64,000 bases of DNA, from contig SMSO01000004.1 of assembly GCA_004764695.1 (NCBI GenBank), positions 2,232,001 through 2,296,000 of the forward strand. The letters are read 5' to 3'. The translations under genes and the position numbers were made by a program. This document shows, piece after piece, positions 36,720 to 49,214 of this stretch. The stretch's first letter is position 1. Every line of letters starts with the position of its first letter. The notes beneath the pieces were generated by a model. It was not told the origin of the DNA, searched no databases, and worked only from the letters and a program-made list of their open reading frames with translations. The stretch comes from Schizochytrium sp. TIO01. Taxonomy: Eukaryota; Protista; Bigyra: Labyrinthulomycetes.

Positions 36720-38667
36720 CTCAGAGTAAGCCAATCAAACCAAACCTCCCTTACTTCTCAGTAGTCCGAGGGTATCTATCTTCAACGTTTGCCCCTTGCT
36801 TCTAAGGAGACTGCTTGCTTCACTGCGCGAGAAGCAAGGAAGTTTGCTCTTTGTTTTAGATTTTGCAAGGCCCGGAACTCGACAAAAGTCACTCAAGTGC
36901 TCAAGTGCTTGCCCAAGAAGAAGAAAAGAAGCAAAAGAACTCGCGTAGACTTCTCAATCCCAGCCTGCTTGTTTCGCGTCTGCCGTGGAGTTTGGCCCTC
37001 AGAAAGTAAGATGGAGGTACCTTCTACCTCTAAATCTTTGAGAGAGTGAGCGAGGGAGCGAGTAGGTTCAAGCTGGACTTCTTGAGCTTCTGCTCTTTCG
37101 TCGCCACCTGCTGCAATCCAAGTCGCCCTGTAAATAAGGCTCCGGGTTTGATGCCAGAAGTGAAGACGCCGGCCCTCGCAAGCGTGCTACCTCGCCCCGC
37201 GTACCTTCACGCCCAGGCAAACAGTTGCGCGCTTGTGCCGGCTCGAGTGCGATGTAGATTTGGTCGCAAGTGGAACCTCAGCTGTCGATAGCCTATTGTG
37301 CCGCTCCCTATAACCCATTGTATGCAAAGACTCCAAATAGGCTATTCTGCCTCCAAGTAGAGCAAACCAGATACTTTGTATCCTTCCCTGAAAAGAAACC
37401 AGCGCAGAGAAAGAGAAAGGAAGGAAAGCAAAAAGAACGATGTATTATTACTATTAGTGAACACATCGTAGGGAGGCTGTATTAGCAGATACCCTAATAG
37501 TCCTCCTCATAGTAAAGAGACGATACGATCGATACACATTCATACATAGTACATAGTGGATAGCAGGTACTTAGGCACTTCAATAGAAGCGATGTCAGAA
37601 GAGGACGGTCCATTCCAATGTGGCACTCTCCAACTTTAGAGAAAGGCGTGCGACACGACGGTACTAGACAAAACTAGTGCACGAGTGAGTGAGTGAGTGA
37701 GTGTGTGGGTTTCTCTCTGCAACGTGTTATGGGTGTTCTAAACGCATATTTTATCTTCTAATCCCATTTGGCATAAAACGTGGGTGTAGTAAACCTATAA
37801 GTTTATAAAAAGTAGAGTGCTGGAAACTTGGAAACACGGAAAAGGACCTGGAACTTCAAGTGCTAACCTGCATCCATGATCTATCTATAAATAAAAGGTA
37901 ACAGGAGGAGTCTAAGAGTGATAGCAGGCAATCGATCACAAAATAGGGCTTCAAGTTGAACTATTTCAGGACTCAATAAGTTTGTTTCGTGTGACTGCCT
38001 GCCTGCTGATTTGCTTTGACAAATCAGGTCATCTTTGCTCGCAGCAGATACGTATGTGTGATGGTGAGACGACACACCTTAAATCAAGACTGCAGACTAC
38101 CTTAATATTGAGGCACACTTTGCAATCATAAATTCCTTTTGAGCCCTACTTGCAAATGTGAATTGGAAAGAAGTAGGAACTTCGGAGGGGTATTTAAAAA
38201 GTTATGCTCATGTGGACTTGCTTAGTAAACTGCTATGAAAATGCCTAGGTCAGGAAACTCGGGTGATGTGTAAGGTACGTAGTAGGACTCGACTAAAGCA
38301 CGAGTCGTGTTTAGGCAACCAAACTAAATAGGGATTTGCTCACATCAGAGCAGCCCGACACCTCCTCGCCAAACCAACTTCGACGAGCTTGACGTAGTGA
38401 GGTGAGGACTGCAGAAGCCCGCCTTAGGCTGTGCAGAGGAACGCCCGGCTCTGGCCTTGTGGGCTAGACGAGGCGGAACTCGCTGCAAGCGCTCCGTTTC
38501 ATCCTAGGTGTAGATCAATCTTTGTGTGCACGTGCCGGCGGTCTCCTGCGCGTCTAGGGTCCAACAGTAGTCAAGACCTTGCAGAAGAACTGGGCCCCAA
38601 AGGCTCAGGACCTGGAGGGGGCTTGGACGATACAAATCCATCAGTGCTTTTTTGTAGAAATTAAAAC

Positions 38668-40062
38668 ATGTCATCTCTCAGCCACCGCCTGGGGCGTTGT
38701 AATAGCAGTAGCGACAGGAAGTCAGTTGATTCAGAGTTTTCAATTGCATCGCCTGTAAATTCACCACAAGGGGCGATCCATGCAGAGGTAATTACCAATC
38801 GCCGAGACAGTGATGTAGCACGGGATCTTTCCGACACCTTGAATCGTCGACGTGAGGACTCCGATTCGGACATTATGGCTACACGCATGCGCCAGGAGCA
38901 TTTCGACGCTGAAGAGCGGTCGATGGCAGACCGTTCAAGTGTTCGTGACGCTCAGCTTGCAGCAGCTATTTATCATGGCGAGATGGAAGACCGTAATGAA
39001 ATTGACGGTCGTTACGGAAGCATCGATTATGTCAAGGAGCACGAGTACACTCCTTGGTTTAGCCGCGTAATTACTGTTGTTCTATGCATCATGATGTTAG
39101 TGGAAATTGGGGTTAACAACTGGGATATTGAGTCGCTCCAGGTGAACCCATTGATAGGTCCCTCAACAGATACACTTGACAAACTCGGTGCTAAGGACAC
39201 TCCACTAATTCTTGAAGGGCAGTTTTGGCGCTTGCTCACAGCGATGCTTTTACATGCAGGAGTTATCCACCTTGTTTTCAACCTCATTGCGATGTATAAT
39301 GTTGGCTTTCCGCTTGAACGTGAATTTGGAACGCTCAAGATTGCAATAATTTTTGTTACTTCGGGTTTTACAGGCGACCTTCTTTCATCCATCTTCCTGC
39401 CTCAAACGCTTTCTGTAGGCGCATCGGGTGCCATCTTTGGCCTCTTTGGCGCAGCCTGGGCTGATCTTCTGCAAAACTGGTCTTTGTATGGGGAACACGC
39501 AAAGTGGGTTCTGCTTCAGCTGATTCTTGCCACAATTGTCAATCTTGTGTTAGGCCTTCTTCCGTTTCTAGACAACTTCGCACACTTTGGTGGTCTTTGC
39601 TGTGGTATGTTCTTTGGGTTTACCTTGCTCGTACAGGACCGTTACGATATCTGGGGAAGTCGCAAGACGAGGAAGCCATACCAGGTAGTTGTCCAAGGTT
39701 GTGCTATTGTGACCATCCCAATCATGTTCATTGTGCTTATTCTTGTGTTGTACCTTCAAGTTGATGTGAGTTCTGGGTGCAACTGGTGTTCGTACATCAG
39801 TTGTGTTCCAATGCCTCCAGGAGCAAGTGACGAAAATCTGTGGTGGGACTGCACAGAGTGCTCAACATCTGCAGATGTTGAAATTGTATTCACTGATGTA
39901 AGTGCAGGCGACTATGAGATCACCTGCCCTGATTTGTCTGTTGTTTCAGTCAGCGGTTCCGATGATCCCAAATACACGCTTGCTGAAATTCAAGAAGCAA
40001 GTGACAATGATGATAGCTCTTTACTTCGTGCCGTGTGCAAGTACCTCTGTTACGACAGCTAA
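38668..40062 (+). CDS. Rhomboid intramembrane serine protease, predicted active, with Cys-rich C-terminal domain
   Basis: WRLLTAMLLHAGVIHLVFN, catalytic GASG and AHFGG; C-terminal CNWCSYISCVP resembles plant RBL-type rhomboids. Confidence 0.93.
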   Translation: MSSLSHRLGRCNSSSDRKSVDSEFSIASPVNSPQGAIHAEVITNRRDSDVARDLSDTLNRRREDSDSDIMATRMRQEHFDAEERSMADRSSVRDAQLAAAIYHGEMEDRNEIDGRYGSIDYVKEHEYTPWFSRVITVVLCIMMLVEIGVNNWDIESLQVNPLIGPSTDTLDKLGAKDTPLILEGQFWRLLTAMLLHAGVIHLVFNLIAMYNVGFPLEREFGTLKIAIIFVTSGFTGDLLSSIFLPQTLSVGASGAIFGLFGAAWADLLQNWSLYGEHAKWVLLQLILATIVNLVLGLLPFLDNFAHFGGLCCGMFFGFTLLVQDRYDIWGSRKTRKPYQVVVQGCAIVTIPIMFIVLILVLYLQVDVSSGCNWCSYISCVPMPPGASDENLWWDCTECSTSADVEIVFTDVSAGDYEITCPDLSVVSVSGSDDPKYTLAEIQEASDNDDSSLLRAVCKYLCYDS

Positions 40063-40750
40063 ACAAAACCGCTCCTACTTCATTCTGTATGTGTCTGTGT
40101 GTTTCTATGCTAGATTATTTCAATTAGTTTTCTTTTGTTGTGTAAGGTTGTTTGTTTGTTTGTTTGTTTGTTTGTTTTACCTCAAAGAAAGTCTTACAAA
40201 GATCAAAATTATATTTGTTACATATGATAGCTAGCTTGATAATGTACACACATTTGGGATGCTCGCGTAAAATTCATGACTTTAAAGATTGTTAATCCTA
40301 ACTAATAGTTTTTCTTTCTTTTATTTTTTCCGTGAATTTTTACTCTCTATTATTGACATTATTTTCAACGGTAAAAGTGACACGATCCTTATTCAATGAA
40401 TGTGACTGGTTTATGAAGTGTACATCATTTTTTAAAAATATGCAATGGGTCGGATAATAAATGTGCAGAATTTCCAATTGAAATGTTAATATGCTACAAA
40501 GGGTTGTCAGGACCCAAACTGTGTACTGATGAAAAAACATTCAAGACATATTGTGGTTTTTGCTTAATGTTCGATATGCCTCTCTGGCCATGTTGCCACG
40601 TAGTCGATGGGCTAGTATTTGGGCTCGGAACCAACGCCACCTTCTTGAATTCCAGTCTGGGCACGTACAATAAGTACCCTCACCTCTCAATATGGATGCA
40701 CCCAAATGAATATACCGATGATTTATTACCCCGGTACTGTGAAGTTAGTT

Positions 40751-42352
40751 TTACTCTACAAGCAAATTTGCTTTTGGCTCCTTGCGCATACGAGCAATGT
40801 ACTCTGAGAAGGAAGACCCTTTGAATCCAATATAAATAAAAGCCCGTGCACAAATTAATTGCTCAACAATACCAAGGATATCGTTTTGCAAGCGATTTTG
40901 TTCAGGTTTTGGAAACACCGCGTGCAATCTTTCTAATACAGGTTCTGGGATATCAGCTGATAAGAGAACTTGAAAACTGTGGGTGAGATTTGCGAAAACT
41001 TTGCGGCTAATTGTAGGCTTGGTGGCAATGTAAACCTGCTGAAACATTTCGTGTCTCAGATCTGCCTCTGCGATTGCAAGCCAGATCTCCCGGAGAAGGT
41101 AGCCACCGGGATCAATAATTGCTTGGTTCGAAGGCAAGTACTTGGTGGAAAACCCATTTGCATGCTGGATTTTAGGAGCCGCAGTTGAAGGACTCATGGC
41201 GAGTTTATTCTCCCCTTCTTGAGAATTCTTTTCATTATTGTAATATGACTCCTGGGCAGCCTCTGTTGCATTCGCTCGCCGTTCCTCCCACTTTTCACCG
41301 TGGTCGCTCGGCCGGGAATGCACCGCAACGTAATTCCTTCCCAAGCCCAGGCTATTGGCCACATCCAGTGATAAAGCTCGGAAAAATGGAGCATAGCGAA
41401 TAAACGGGAACACCTCATACTCAAAGTGTCGCGAAAATCGTTGCCACATGGTCGGTCCAGCAAAATAAATGACACGAGCCGGATGAGTTACAAGCGCGGT
41501 AATGTTGTCCAACGTCAGGGGTGCCTTTCGCCTTTCTGATCGTGTTTGCTCTACAACATACCATTCTTCCTCCGTCGGAAAACTAGTGTGGAGGATCTCA
41601 ATAATGTTTTCAAAAGTAATTTCAGCCGCAAAGGCCTCTTGGTAATTTTGAATGAACTCGAAATCAAGAATACGATCCATGGCCATAGTTTCATTGCCAT
41701 CTAGTTTGTTGTAGTTTTTGTACATACTTGAGTGACGACCTGCAGGGGGCACGATGCAGATTCTATTCAGAAGCTTACAAATCCGAAGGGCTCGCTCGAG
41801 AATAATCCTTTGATTGTTGAATCCTCCACTTGGTTGAAATACGAACCATTTTCGCGACTTCACGTCAGCTGGGCTCAGTTCCTCAAACCTTTTGCCGTTG
41901 TGCGTCCTAGGTGCACCTGCAAATCTATCCGCAAGAAACTCTGAGGAAGATTTTGCCTCCTGCTGATGATGATGCCTCAAATCTTGGCTCGGGTACAGCC
42001 TTGGGATTTTCACTTGTTTCTCCGCTCGGTGATATTTTGCTGGTTTCGAAGAGTGCTGTCTCTGTTGCTCCTGGACTTCAGTGTTTGGGTGTTGACTACT
42101 TTCAAAATATCTTGGCTGGGCCTGCTGCAAGAGGTCGGTGTTAAGTGCTTGAGGCAACCAGCTTGCTGCAGGGTTTTCTGCAGAGCCTCCTGTCGATGAG
42201 AGCTCCTGGGGACGCGAGTGAATTGTTGCAAAGTACTCCATCAGAGTCTCTGCGACAAGCAACGCCAGGCCGACCACGACGAGCATATGCGCACAGCGCT
42301 TCCATCGCCGCGCAGCAGACAAGCTGGGCGTGTGTGGGTTTATCGGCTTCAT
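40751..42352 (-). CDS. Type II membrane O-fucosyltransferase-family (GT-B, POFUT-like) glycosyltransferase
   Basis: N-terminal TM (MLVVVGLALLVAETLM) and stem, then GGFNNQ, LNRICIVPP, YVAVHSR, VYIAT, EQLICARAFIYIG..SSFS. First ATG is at 42352. Confidence 0.85.
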   Translation of the reverse strand: MKPINPHTPSLSAARRWKRCAHMLVVVGLALLVAETLMEYFATIHSRPQELSSTGGSAENPAASWLPQALNTDLLQQAQPRYFESSQHPNTEVQEQQRQHSSKPAKYHRAEKQVKIPRLYPSQDLRHHHQQEAKSSSEFLADRFAGAPRTHNGKRFEELSPADVKSRKWFVFQPSGGFNNQRIILERALRICKLLNRICIVPPAGRHSSMYKNYNKLDGNETMAMDRILDFEFIQNYQEAFAAEITFENIIEILHTSFPTEEEWYVVEQTRSERRKAPLTLDNITALVTHPARVIYFAGPTMWQRFSRHFEYEVFPFIRYAPFFRALSLDVANSLGLGRNYVAVHSRPSDHGEKWEERRANATEAAQESYYNNEKNSQEGENKLAMSPSTAAPKIQHANGFSTKYLPSNQAIIDPGGYLLREIWLAIAEADLRHEMFQQVYIATKPTISRKVFANLTHSFQVLLSADIPEPVLERLHAVFPKPEQNRLQNDILGIVEQLICARAFIYIGFKGSSFSEYIARMRKEPKANLLVE

Positions 42353-44569
42353 CCTTACCCACGTGCAGCAGCGTTGCCTTGCAGCATCCACGGCTGCCCA
42401 GTGATTCAAGTTTGAGTGTGCCTTTGTGCTTCCGCAGAGCCCGAGTCGAAGTCTGTCTCAAGTCTCACTAGAAATTGTTTTCAACTCATCAATTTCTTTT
42501 AAATTAAAAGAGAGAAAAACAAACAAGGGTCCATTTTCTCCTATGCCCACACTACCTTTTACCTTAATGGTACCCACGGCTTTTTCATTCTCTTTTTTCA
42601 AACTTCCATTTGGCTACGAATTAGGAAGAAGAAGGTGTCCGCTGTTCTTTTCTAATTTCTTTCATCAAGTTTTTCTTGCAGTCTTGCCTTGCCAAGCTGC
42701 TTGCTCCTTTCTCTTGTAACTAGGCCTCGACATTCGTTCGCTCCCGGCAAACTCGCGACCCCGAGGTCCTGCCTATGGTTTTGGCCGCTGCTCAAGCATA
42801 TTGAAAGCGCCCGCCATCTGCATGGCATCGAGGGCGGCAAAGGCATTTCCGCTGTTATGGCTCTCCCTCCTTCTATTCATTACATCTTCTCTTCTCTCCT
42901 CTTCTCTTCTCTTCCTTTCTCTCGCGTTTCTTCTCACATGACTGTAGTAGATGCCTACCCAGTGCTAGCCTTTCCAGTAGCACCCTCTACTGCCATCGAG
43001 TATACGGTGCGGGTGGTGCGTTTGCACAAGACCGCGCGAGGACCCTTGCTTTGCTCTGCTTTGCTTTGCTTTGCTTTGCTTTGTTTTTGCCGGTCTGTCC
43101 GTACGTCTGCCTGTTCATGTTATGAGGCGCTTTGGAGCCAAGGACCACTTCAAGAATGCAAGACATCCTAAGCACCTAAATAAACTCCCGGGGAACAAAG
43201 CACGACTCGGGGGTGAAGTCCGTAGTATAATCTGCTCTGGCACTGTTTACATCTAGCGAGAGCTCAGCTGTTGTCCTTTTTATGAGCCGCAGCAGTAACG
43301 CTCTGCTCTGCCACCGATCATGCACATCAGAAAAGATTCAAGCTCAATTGACTTTTGTTTGCTTCGATTAAGTCTGTGTGACGATAACGCCATATATCAT
43401 GTATCATTCCATTTGATCTGGTCTGCCGATCTGATTTCAAGGTCCCCAGAGTCGACAAGAATTATGCATCAGCTTAAACCTAAAACGTTAAAATGTGCGA
43501 TCAGAGTCCCAGGTTTACCTCTCCTTTCGAGCGCACGGAGGTGCCTGGGGAATGGGATCTACTTGCAAATTGCAAGGCGAGTGGGTAGCTAGGGGAACTT
43601 GAGAGCCTGAGGTCTCCTTTTACTTGAGAACGCCGTCTTTAAATGTCAGGTACCAAGGCAGTGCTACGTCACACCGAGCAGTTAGATGCCCGTACTGGCT
43701 TGGCTCCGATAAATGGCTGTCGCAGGTGGCAGTGCACTTGCATTTTGGGTCCTTTGTACTACGCTCTGCTTTTCAAGCTCCTCCAAGCAGTCGGCTAGGC
43801 ATTCAGGCCCTCGCCAAAACCGCCCGAGTTGTGCGAAGTCTTCTCTTCTCCTGCAACTTGCGTGCGACTGCTTCGCTCATGCGGTCCATCTTGACGCATT
43901 CTCTTCTCGTTCAGGAGATCAGGCGCCTTTGCAAAGCAAGATCCACTCGATGCTGGAACATGATAGAAAGATGCTAATGAAGGCCAAAAGGATGGAATCT
44001 CGAACGTGGTCTTCTTCAGTCGCCGTTGTGCGATACGGCAGTTGCGGAGAGGATAACTCCTCAGCATCGGAAATAGGCCCAGTTCAAGGAGAGCTGTTTG
44101 TTTGGCGAGTACTCTTTCCTTTTTCTTCAACGTTACCTCTGCAGTCACATCACGAGGTCCGGTATTAGGAAATCTCCACAGCGACTTGACAGAGGGTCAC
44201 CCTTTCAGAACGAATATGGACTAGCTAACTAGTAGTAGTGCATAGCATTGTTGATTTTGGTTTTGTTTCTCTCAAGCTCCCCTGAGGATCATACTTTAAT
44301 AAACTTTATAAATTGTAAGAAATCAAAAGTTTGTTCCCAAGGACTCTTTCTTTTGCTCCTGAGTAACGTGGTTCTGGGTGGAGTCAACAGATGGAGTTTA
44401 CAAACGTTCCCGTACTCACTCCAAGTGAAAAGCCGGGAACCTGAAGACGCCCTTGAGCCCTGAAAACCCTCCAGAGCTGACTAGGTAGGTAGGTACCCTA
44501 GGGAGCCTTTCGAAGATTTACTATTTTAATTCAGCCTGTAATCAGGTAGATAGATAGATACCATCGAAA

Positions 44570-44708
44570 CTGAATGATTGAATGATGTTGAATGATTGAT
44601 CGATTGAATGAAGTTGAATGATTGATCGATTGAATGATATTGAATGATCTTATGATCAAAAGAATCAACAAATGACTTGGAATGAATGAATGAATGAATG
44701 AATGAATG
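44570..44708. repeat. Degenerate tandem repeat (TTGAATGATTGATCGA.. unit) followed by (GAAT)n
   Basis: Direct reading. Confidence 0.75.
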
Positions 44709-46605
44709 ACTCTCAGTAAAGATCTTATCATCATCTCCGAACGAAAGGCTTTGCACTCAGCTTCGTATCGGCTAGCTATAAACCTCGCAAGCTTTATAAA
44801 AACTTGATGAGCTGGCTAAGTGAAAGTTGAACTTGATTGTTTATATTTGTAGGTGGGTGTGTAGGTGCTCCCATCGTAGGTCGTAGGTCGTAGGTTGTAG
44901 ATTGTAGGTCGTGGGGCACAAGGCACAAGGCACGGATCGCCGAAGCCTCGGCTGCTTTATGATAGCTTTCATTCTTGGAGTTTGTCGTTCGGGCAAGTGA
45001 AAGTTCTGCACAACCAACATTCTTGGCAGCGAAATGGGCTTAGAAAGAAAGAGCCGCGTGTTGAGGTAGAGATCATGTTCGAGCTGTTGAGATTAATGAG
45101 AAGCACTATCACTGGGTGGTCAGAGCGGAGGCTTACCCTAGAAATCTTGTGACTTGAAGAAAATGCAAGGCAAATGTAAAAGCGACCTTTTGTTTTGGTG
45201 TTCTTCAAGTTGTTTTTGTGAAGATGCTACATCATTACTATATACTCAATAGTAGTACCCAACTAGTTCGCAGCGCCGTGCCACTTTCATCACTATGAGT
45301 TCGAGCGATTCTTTGGGTACGCAGACTGTGCTCCTATCATGGATTGTTGGATTGCTTCGACTTTTATGACAGCCAAAGCAAGTAAGTATCACCGCTGATC
45401 GAGACTCTGGGGCAGCGAGCCACGTGTTGACACAAGACTTAGCATATGCAATGAATCAGAGTGGTTTGGTGGCCGCCTGTTGATGATGTGACAGTATGCA
45501 GTTAGCTACCTTAGTCTATCGAGCTGTCCATTTATTTCACTGCTTCCGGCAGGTGTTCCTTGGTCTCTTCGTCCTGTTGATATGTCATATTAGTGCAGCA
45601 TAGTTAAAATCAATTTCAAAATGCGGACAGACAAACTGCAATATATACATTCACCACTGCAACTCACAGAAGGAAATCGAACACTTTCTAGCAAGATAGT
45701 GGCTTGAATAAATGAACGTGAATGAATCCATTTTGAGAAGCAGTGTAAGTCGTGGGCAATAGAGTAGGCCTAGCTATGCCTTACTACCATTGAAAATCCC
45801 TTGACTGACCTTAGAGTACATAGAGCTGAACCAATTGTGGAATTTCAACTAATGCATTGATCAAATGAGTAAACCGATACGTCGAACGGCCCGCGTGTGA
45901 CAAATGAAGTACCGTCCCTTGTCGTAAACGCATAAGAGCACATGGAAGTGAGAACAATGGAGTATTTTAGATCATGCTTTCTTATTTTTTGTTTTCTTTG
46001 CAATGAGCAATAGTAAGTACTAGGTATTCCTGTTAACTCTTCAGGACATCCTGCTTGGGGGTTTTAGGGCCCTGCTTTATGGAACACAATCTCCTCCTAG
46101 ACAGTGCTCAAGACGCTCGCATAATGTAAGTAGTTTGCAAAGATTTCTGGCCAAGTAGTACATCTGCATTCTTGGTAGCCAATAGCTATTCGTGGCGATC
46201 CCTCTACCTTTTTATGTCAATAAAAAAATTCAAGTCAAAGAATCGGGCAAACAAAGGCATCACGTACTAACCTTTTAAAATGTACAAGGAAGAATCAATG
46301 GTAGGTCGGGTCTATCGACAAGGATCTTGCTTTTTATGCCACAGATCTGCATTTTCCTCTTTGCCTGGTTTTTAGAAGAAATGTGTTTAGGAAATGATAG
46401 ATCATGACTTGCTGGCCATTGCTGACTGGTTGCGGGAATATCTCAAATTGTTTTGATGATTCACCCATGAAAATAGAAAAGAATGTATTTAAGAAGCTGC
46501 AAGGTGCCTGCTCTACAGGGAAAGAACCATGCAATACAGCAACCTTTAGCCTGAGGTAAAACTGCACTTCCAACCCCCGAGTTTTTCGATAGACCTGTGA
46601 AAGAT

Positions 46606-46832
46606 TAGTGATGTAACATCCAGCTAGGTGTCTTATCCTAACTCTTCGGTCTTAGACGCTGTGGCCCGACACGATACATTCATTCTGTTTGTATGCAGGA
46701 CCTCGAGAACCTAAAGATCATTTTTTTTTCTCTATCCCCCTCATAAGCAGGCTTCTGTACATCACTTCACCAAAGTTCATCACCTTGTCAGACTACCTCT
46801 ATATGTTCCACTACACAAGCTAATCTGTAATA
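46606..46832 (+). mobile_element. Solo-LTR-like short element, diverged copy (TAGTG...TAATA)
   Basis: Matches the reverse complement of 54632-54839 at both ends and internally (aacat.cagcta, atacattcat, ccttgtcagactacctct, acaagcta). Flanks aagat/tagac are only a 3/5 TSD match. Confidence 0.65.
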
Positions 46833-47855
46833 TAGACACCTTTTGCTTTTCTAATCTTCTTTTACTTTCTATTCTAAATCATGTCTAGCAGAGGATTTTG
46901 CCCTCTAATCTACTGTTAGACTGACAATTTAAGAGTTTTATGGTAAGCTCTTTTTTTTTTAAACGTCCGTACTTCGTTTTGCGAGCCCTTGGTTCTTGGT
47001 TGACCATCAGAATGCAGAAAGCTAATGAGCAGCCGGAGATTGAACGAGAGGATGTGGGTAAGGATTTTTGAAAGCATGACACGACTTAAGGAGGCATTGT
47101 GTACTTAGGCTTATAGAGGTAAAAATCTGCTGATGTTGGAGATGAACAGCCAGGTGAGCTGGTTCAGGTCATAATTAACAGACTATTTCAGACTTAAACT
47201 ATTACACAGAACACAAGGGGCTGGGTGAACTGGCTTCCTCAACCATTAATCCAAGTCTTCCTTTATATGTTTCCTTGGTTTTGTGGCGCACTTTTATACT
47301 AGAGTTCCCTTGACTCCGCACCTTTGATAGTCACTAATATACAGAGATTAATAGGTTAGGACTGACAATATTGTGCTAAGGAGTCTAGTAAGGTATGTGG
47401 GTAAGCTCGGCACAACGTCAAAACTAATGTCATGCAGTGTTGTGATCTTTAACTCGATCTCATTTAATTTCATGTTTTGGAAAGCTTTATGTACCTTCGT
47501 CAAAAGTTACATCTGAAACTAAGTATTCTTCCACTCGTAACAGCGATCAACCTGGAGAATTGCGTAAATGTCTTCTCGTAATTGTGGACGACGCATATGT
47601 TTAGCGATTATGTGAAGACTATTGTGCTGTTAAAATACAGACTCGCTTTACGCCCCTGCCACATGGTACGAATGGCCTTAGATTGGCCTGGAACAACTCC
47701 TGCATGGAAATACGTTTTTCATTCATTGCTTTAGAACATGAAACAGGGGGCAAGTTGGCTCGTGAATGCATTAGATCAATATGACGGAAATAATTAGATT
47801 ATGAACGATGTGATCGGCATACATATTGTTGTTACAATGTTGACTAGGAAATAAA

Positions 47856-49214
47856 TCAGAGTTTAGCGAGAACCTCAGGGTCTGTAGGTGGGTTGCGTTT
47901 GTGCACAGGACCACGATGAATATAACCTGGAAGGTTATAAAGGGAGTGCTTGTTGCGTTTTTGATCACGCAGCTCGAGCCGAGCAACAGTGCGCCAATGA
48001 ACCTCATCAGGCCCATCTGCAAAACGCAACCAACGAGCTCCGGAGAAGGCCATAGGAAGAAAGCTGTCTTGAGAGATGCCCATGGCTCCATGAACCTGCA
48101 TAGCTCGGTCACAAATTTGTTGAACCACAGCAGGCACAACAGCCTTGCACATCGAGAGCTCTTTACGGACCTTCAGATTACCATCTACATCCAGGCGGTG
48201 AGCAGTCTGACGAACCAGCATGCGCGCCATGTCAAGCTCTGCGCGGCACTTGGCAATATCCTGCAAAATTGTGTCAAAGTCGGAGAGTTTTTTGCCAAAG
48301 GCAACGCGACTCTCAGCACGGTTACACATAGCAGCAATAGCGCGCTCAGCAGAGCCGATCAGACGCATGCAATGATGGATGCGGCCGGGCCCAAGGCGTG
48401 CCTGAGAAATTTCAAAGCCTTTGCCTTCGCCGGCAAGAACGTTCTCAATTGGCACAATGACATCCTCAAAGAGAATCTCTACATGGCCCTTGGGTGCGTC
48501 AGAGTCTCCAAAGGTTTGCATAGGGCGCACAATTGTAATGCCTGGGGTGTCAGCAGGAACAAGAATCATAGACTGCTGCTGGAAAGGGGCAGCATTGGGA
48601 TCTGTTTTGCCCATAAGGATGAAAATCTTACAATGGCTCGACCCCGCTCCCGTGATCCACCACTTACGACCATTGATAACATAATGCCCTCCGCGACGCT
48701 CGATGCTTATGCTAATGTTGCTGGCATCACTACTGGCGACCGCAGGCTCAGTCATGGCAAAAGCAGACTTAATTTCTCCATCAAGGAGAGGCTTGAGCCA
48801 CTTGGCTTTCTGCTCGGCATTGCCATAACGAGCAATGGTTTCCATGTTTCCAGTATCAGGAGAGGAGCTGTTCGTTGCCTCAGCAGCAAATTCCATGTGG
48901 GAGCTTGTACCCAGGATTTCGCAGATTTCGGCATACTGCTCATTGTTGAGGCCGGCTCCTTCATAACCTTCACCTGCCATACGTGCGGTATCGTTAGGAA
49001 GCCAAAGGTTCCAGAGACCCTGCTTTTTGGCCTCTGCCATGAGCTCTACAAGAATTGGAGCGTAACGCCACTGGTCAGCAGGGAGGTGTTCCATGGCCTT
49101 ATTCTGCTCCGCAAAGAGCTGCTCGTTGGGGTAGATGTGCTCATGCATAAACTTCCACACCTTATCCTTGAGCGCCTCAAACTTGCTCGTCTCCATAGCT
49201 TCTGCGAGAACCAT
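47856..49214 (-). CDS. Acyl-CoA dehydrogenase, ACAD10/11 (IBR3/LvaC)-type, stand-alone; PTS1-type -AKL
   Basis: PDTGNME, AFAMTEPAVASSDA, NGRKWWITGAG, QARLGPGRIHHCMR, and RFADGPDEVH with Asp at the catalytic position as in ACAD10/11; C-terminus LAKL. Confidence 0.95.
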   Translation of the reverse strand: MVLAEAMETSKFEALKDKVWKFMHEHIYPNEQLFAEQNKAMEHLPADQWRYAPILVELMAEAKKQGLWNLWLPNDTARMAGEGYEGAGLNNEQYAEICEILGTSSHMEFAAEATNSSSPDTGNMETIARYGNAEQKAKWLKPLLDGEIKSAFAMTEPAVASSDASNISISIERRGGHYVINGRKWWITGAGSSHCKIFILMGKTDPNAAPFQQQSMILVPADTPGITIVRPMQTFGDSDAPKGHVEILFEDVIVPIENVLAGEGKGFEISQARLGPGRIHHCMRLIGSAERAIAAMCNRAESRVAFGKKLSDFDTILQDIAKCRAELDMARMLVRQTAHRLDVDGNLKVRKELSMCKAVVPAVVQQICDRAMQVHGAMGISQDSFLPMAFSGARWLRFADGPDEVHWRTVARLELRDQKRNKHSLYNLPGYIHRGPVHKRNPPTDPEVLAKL

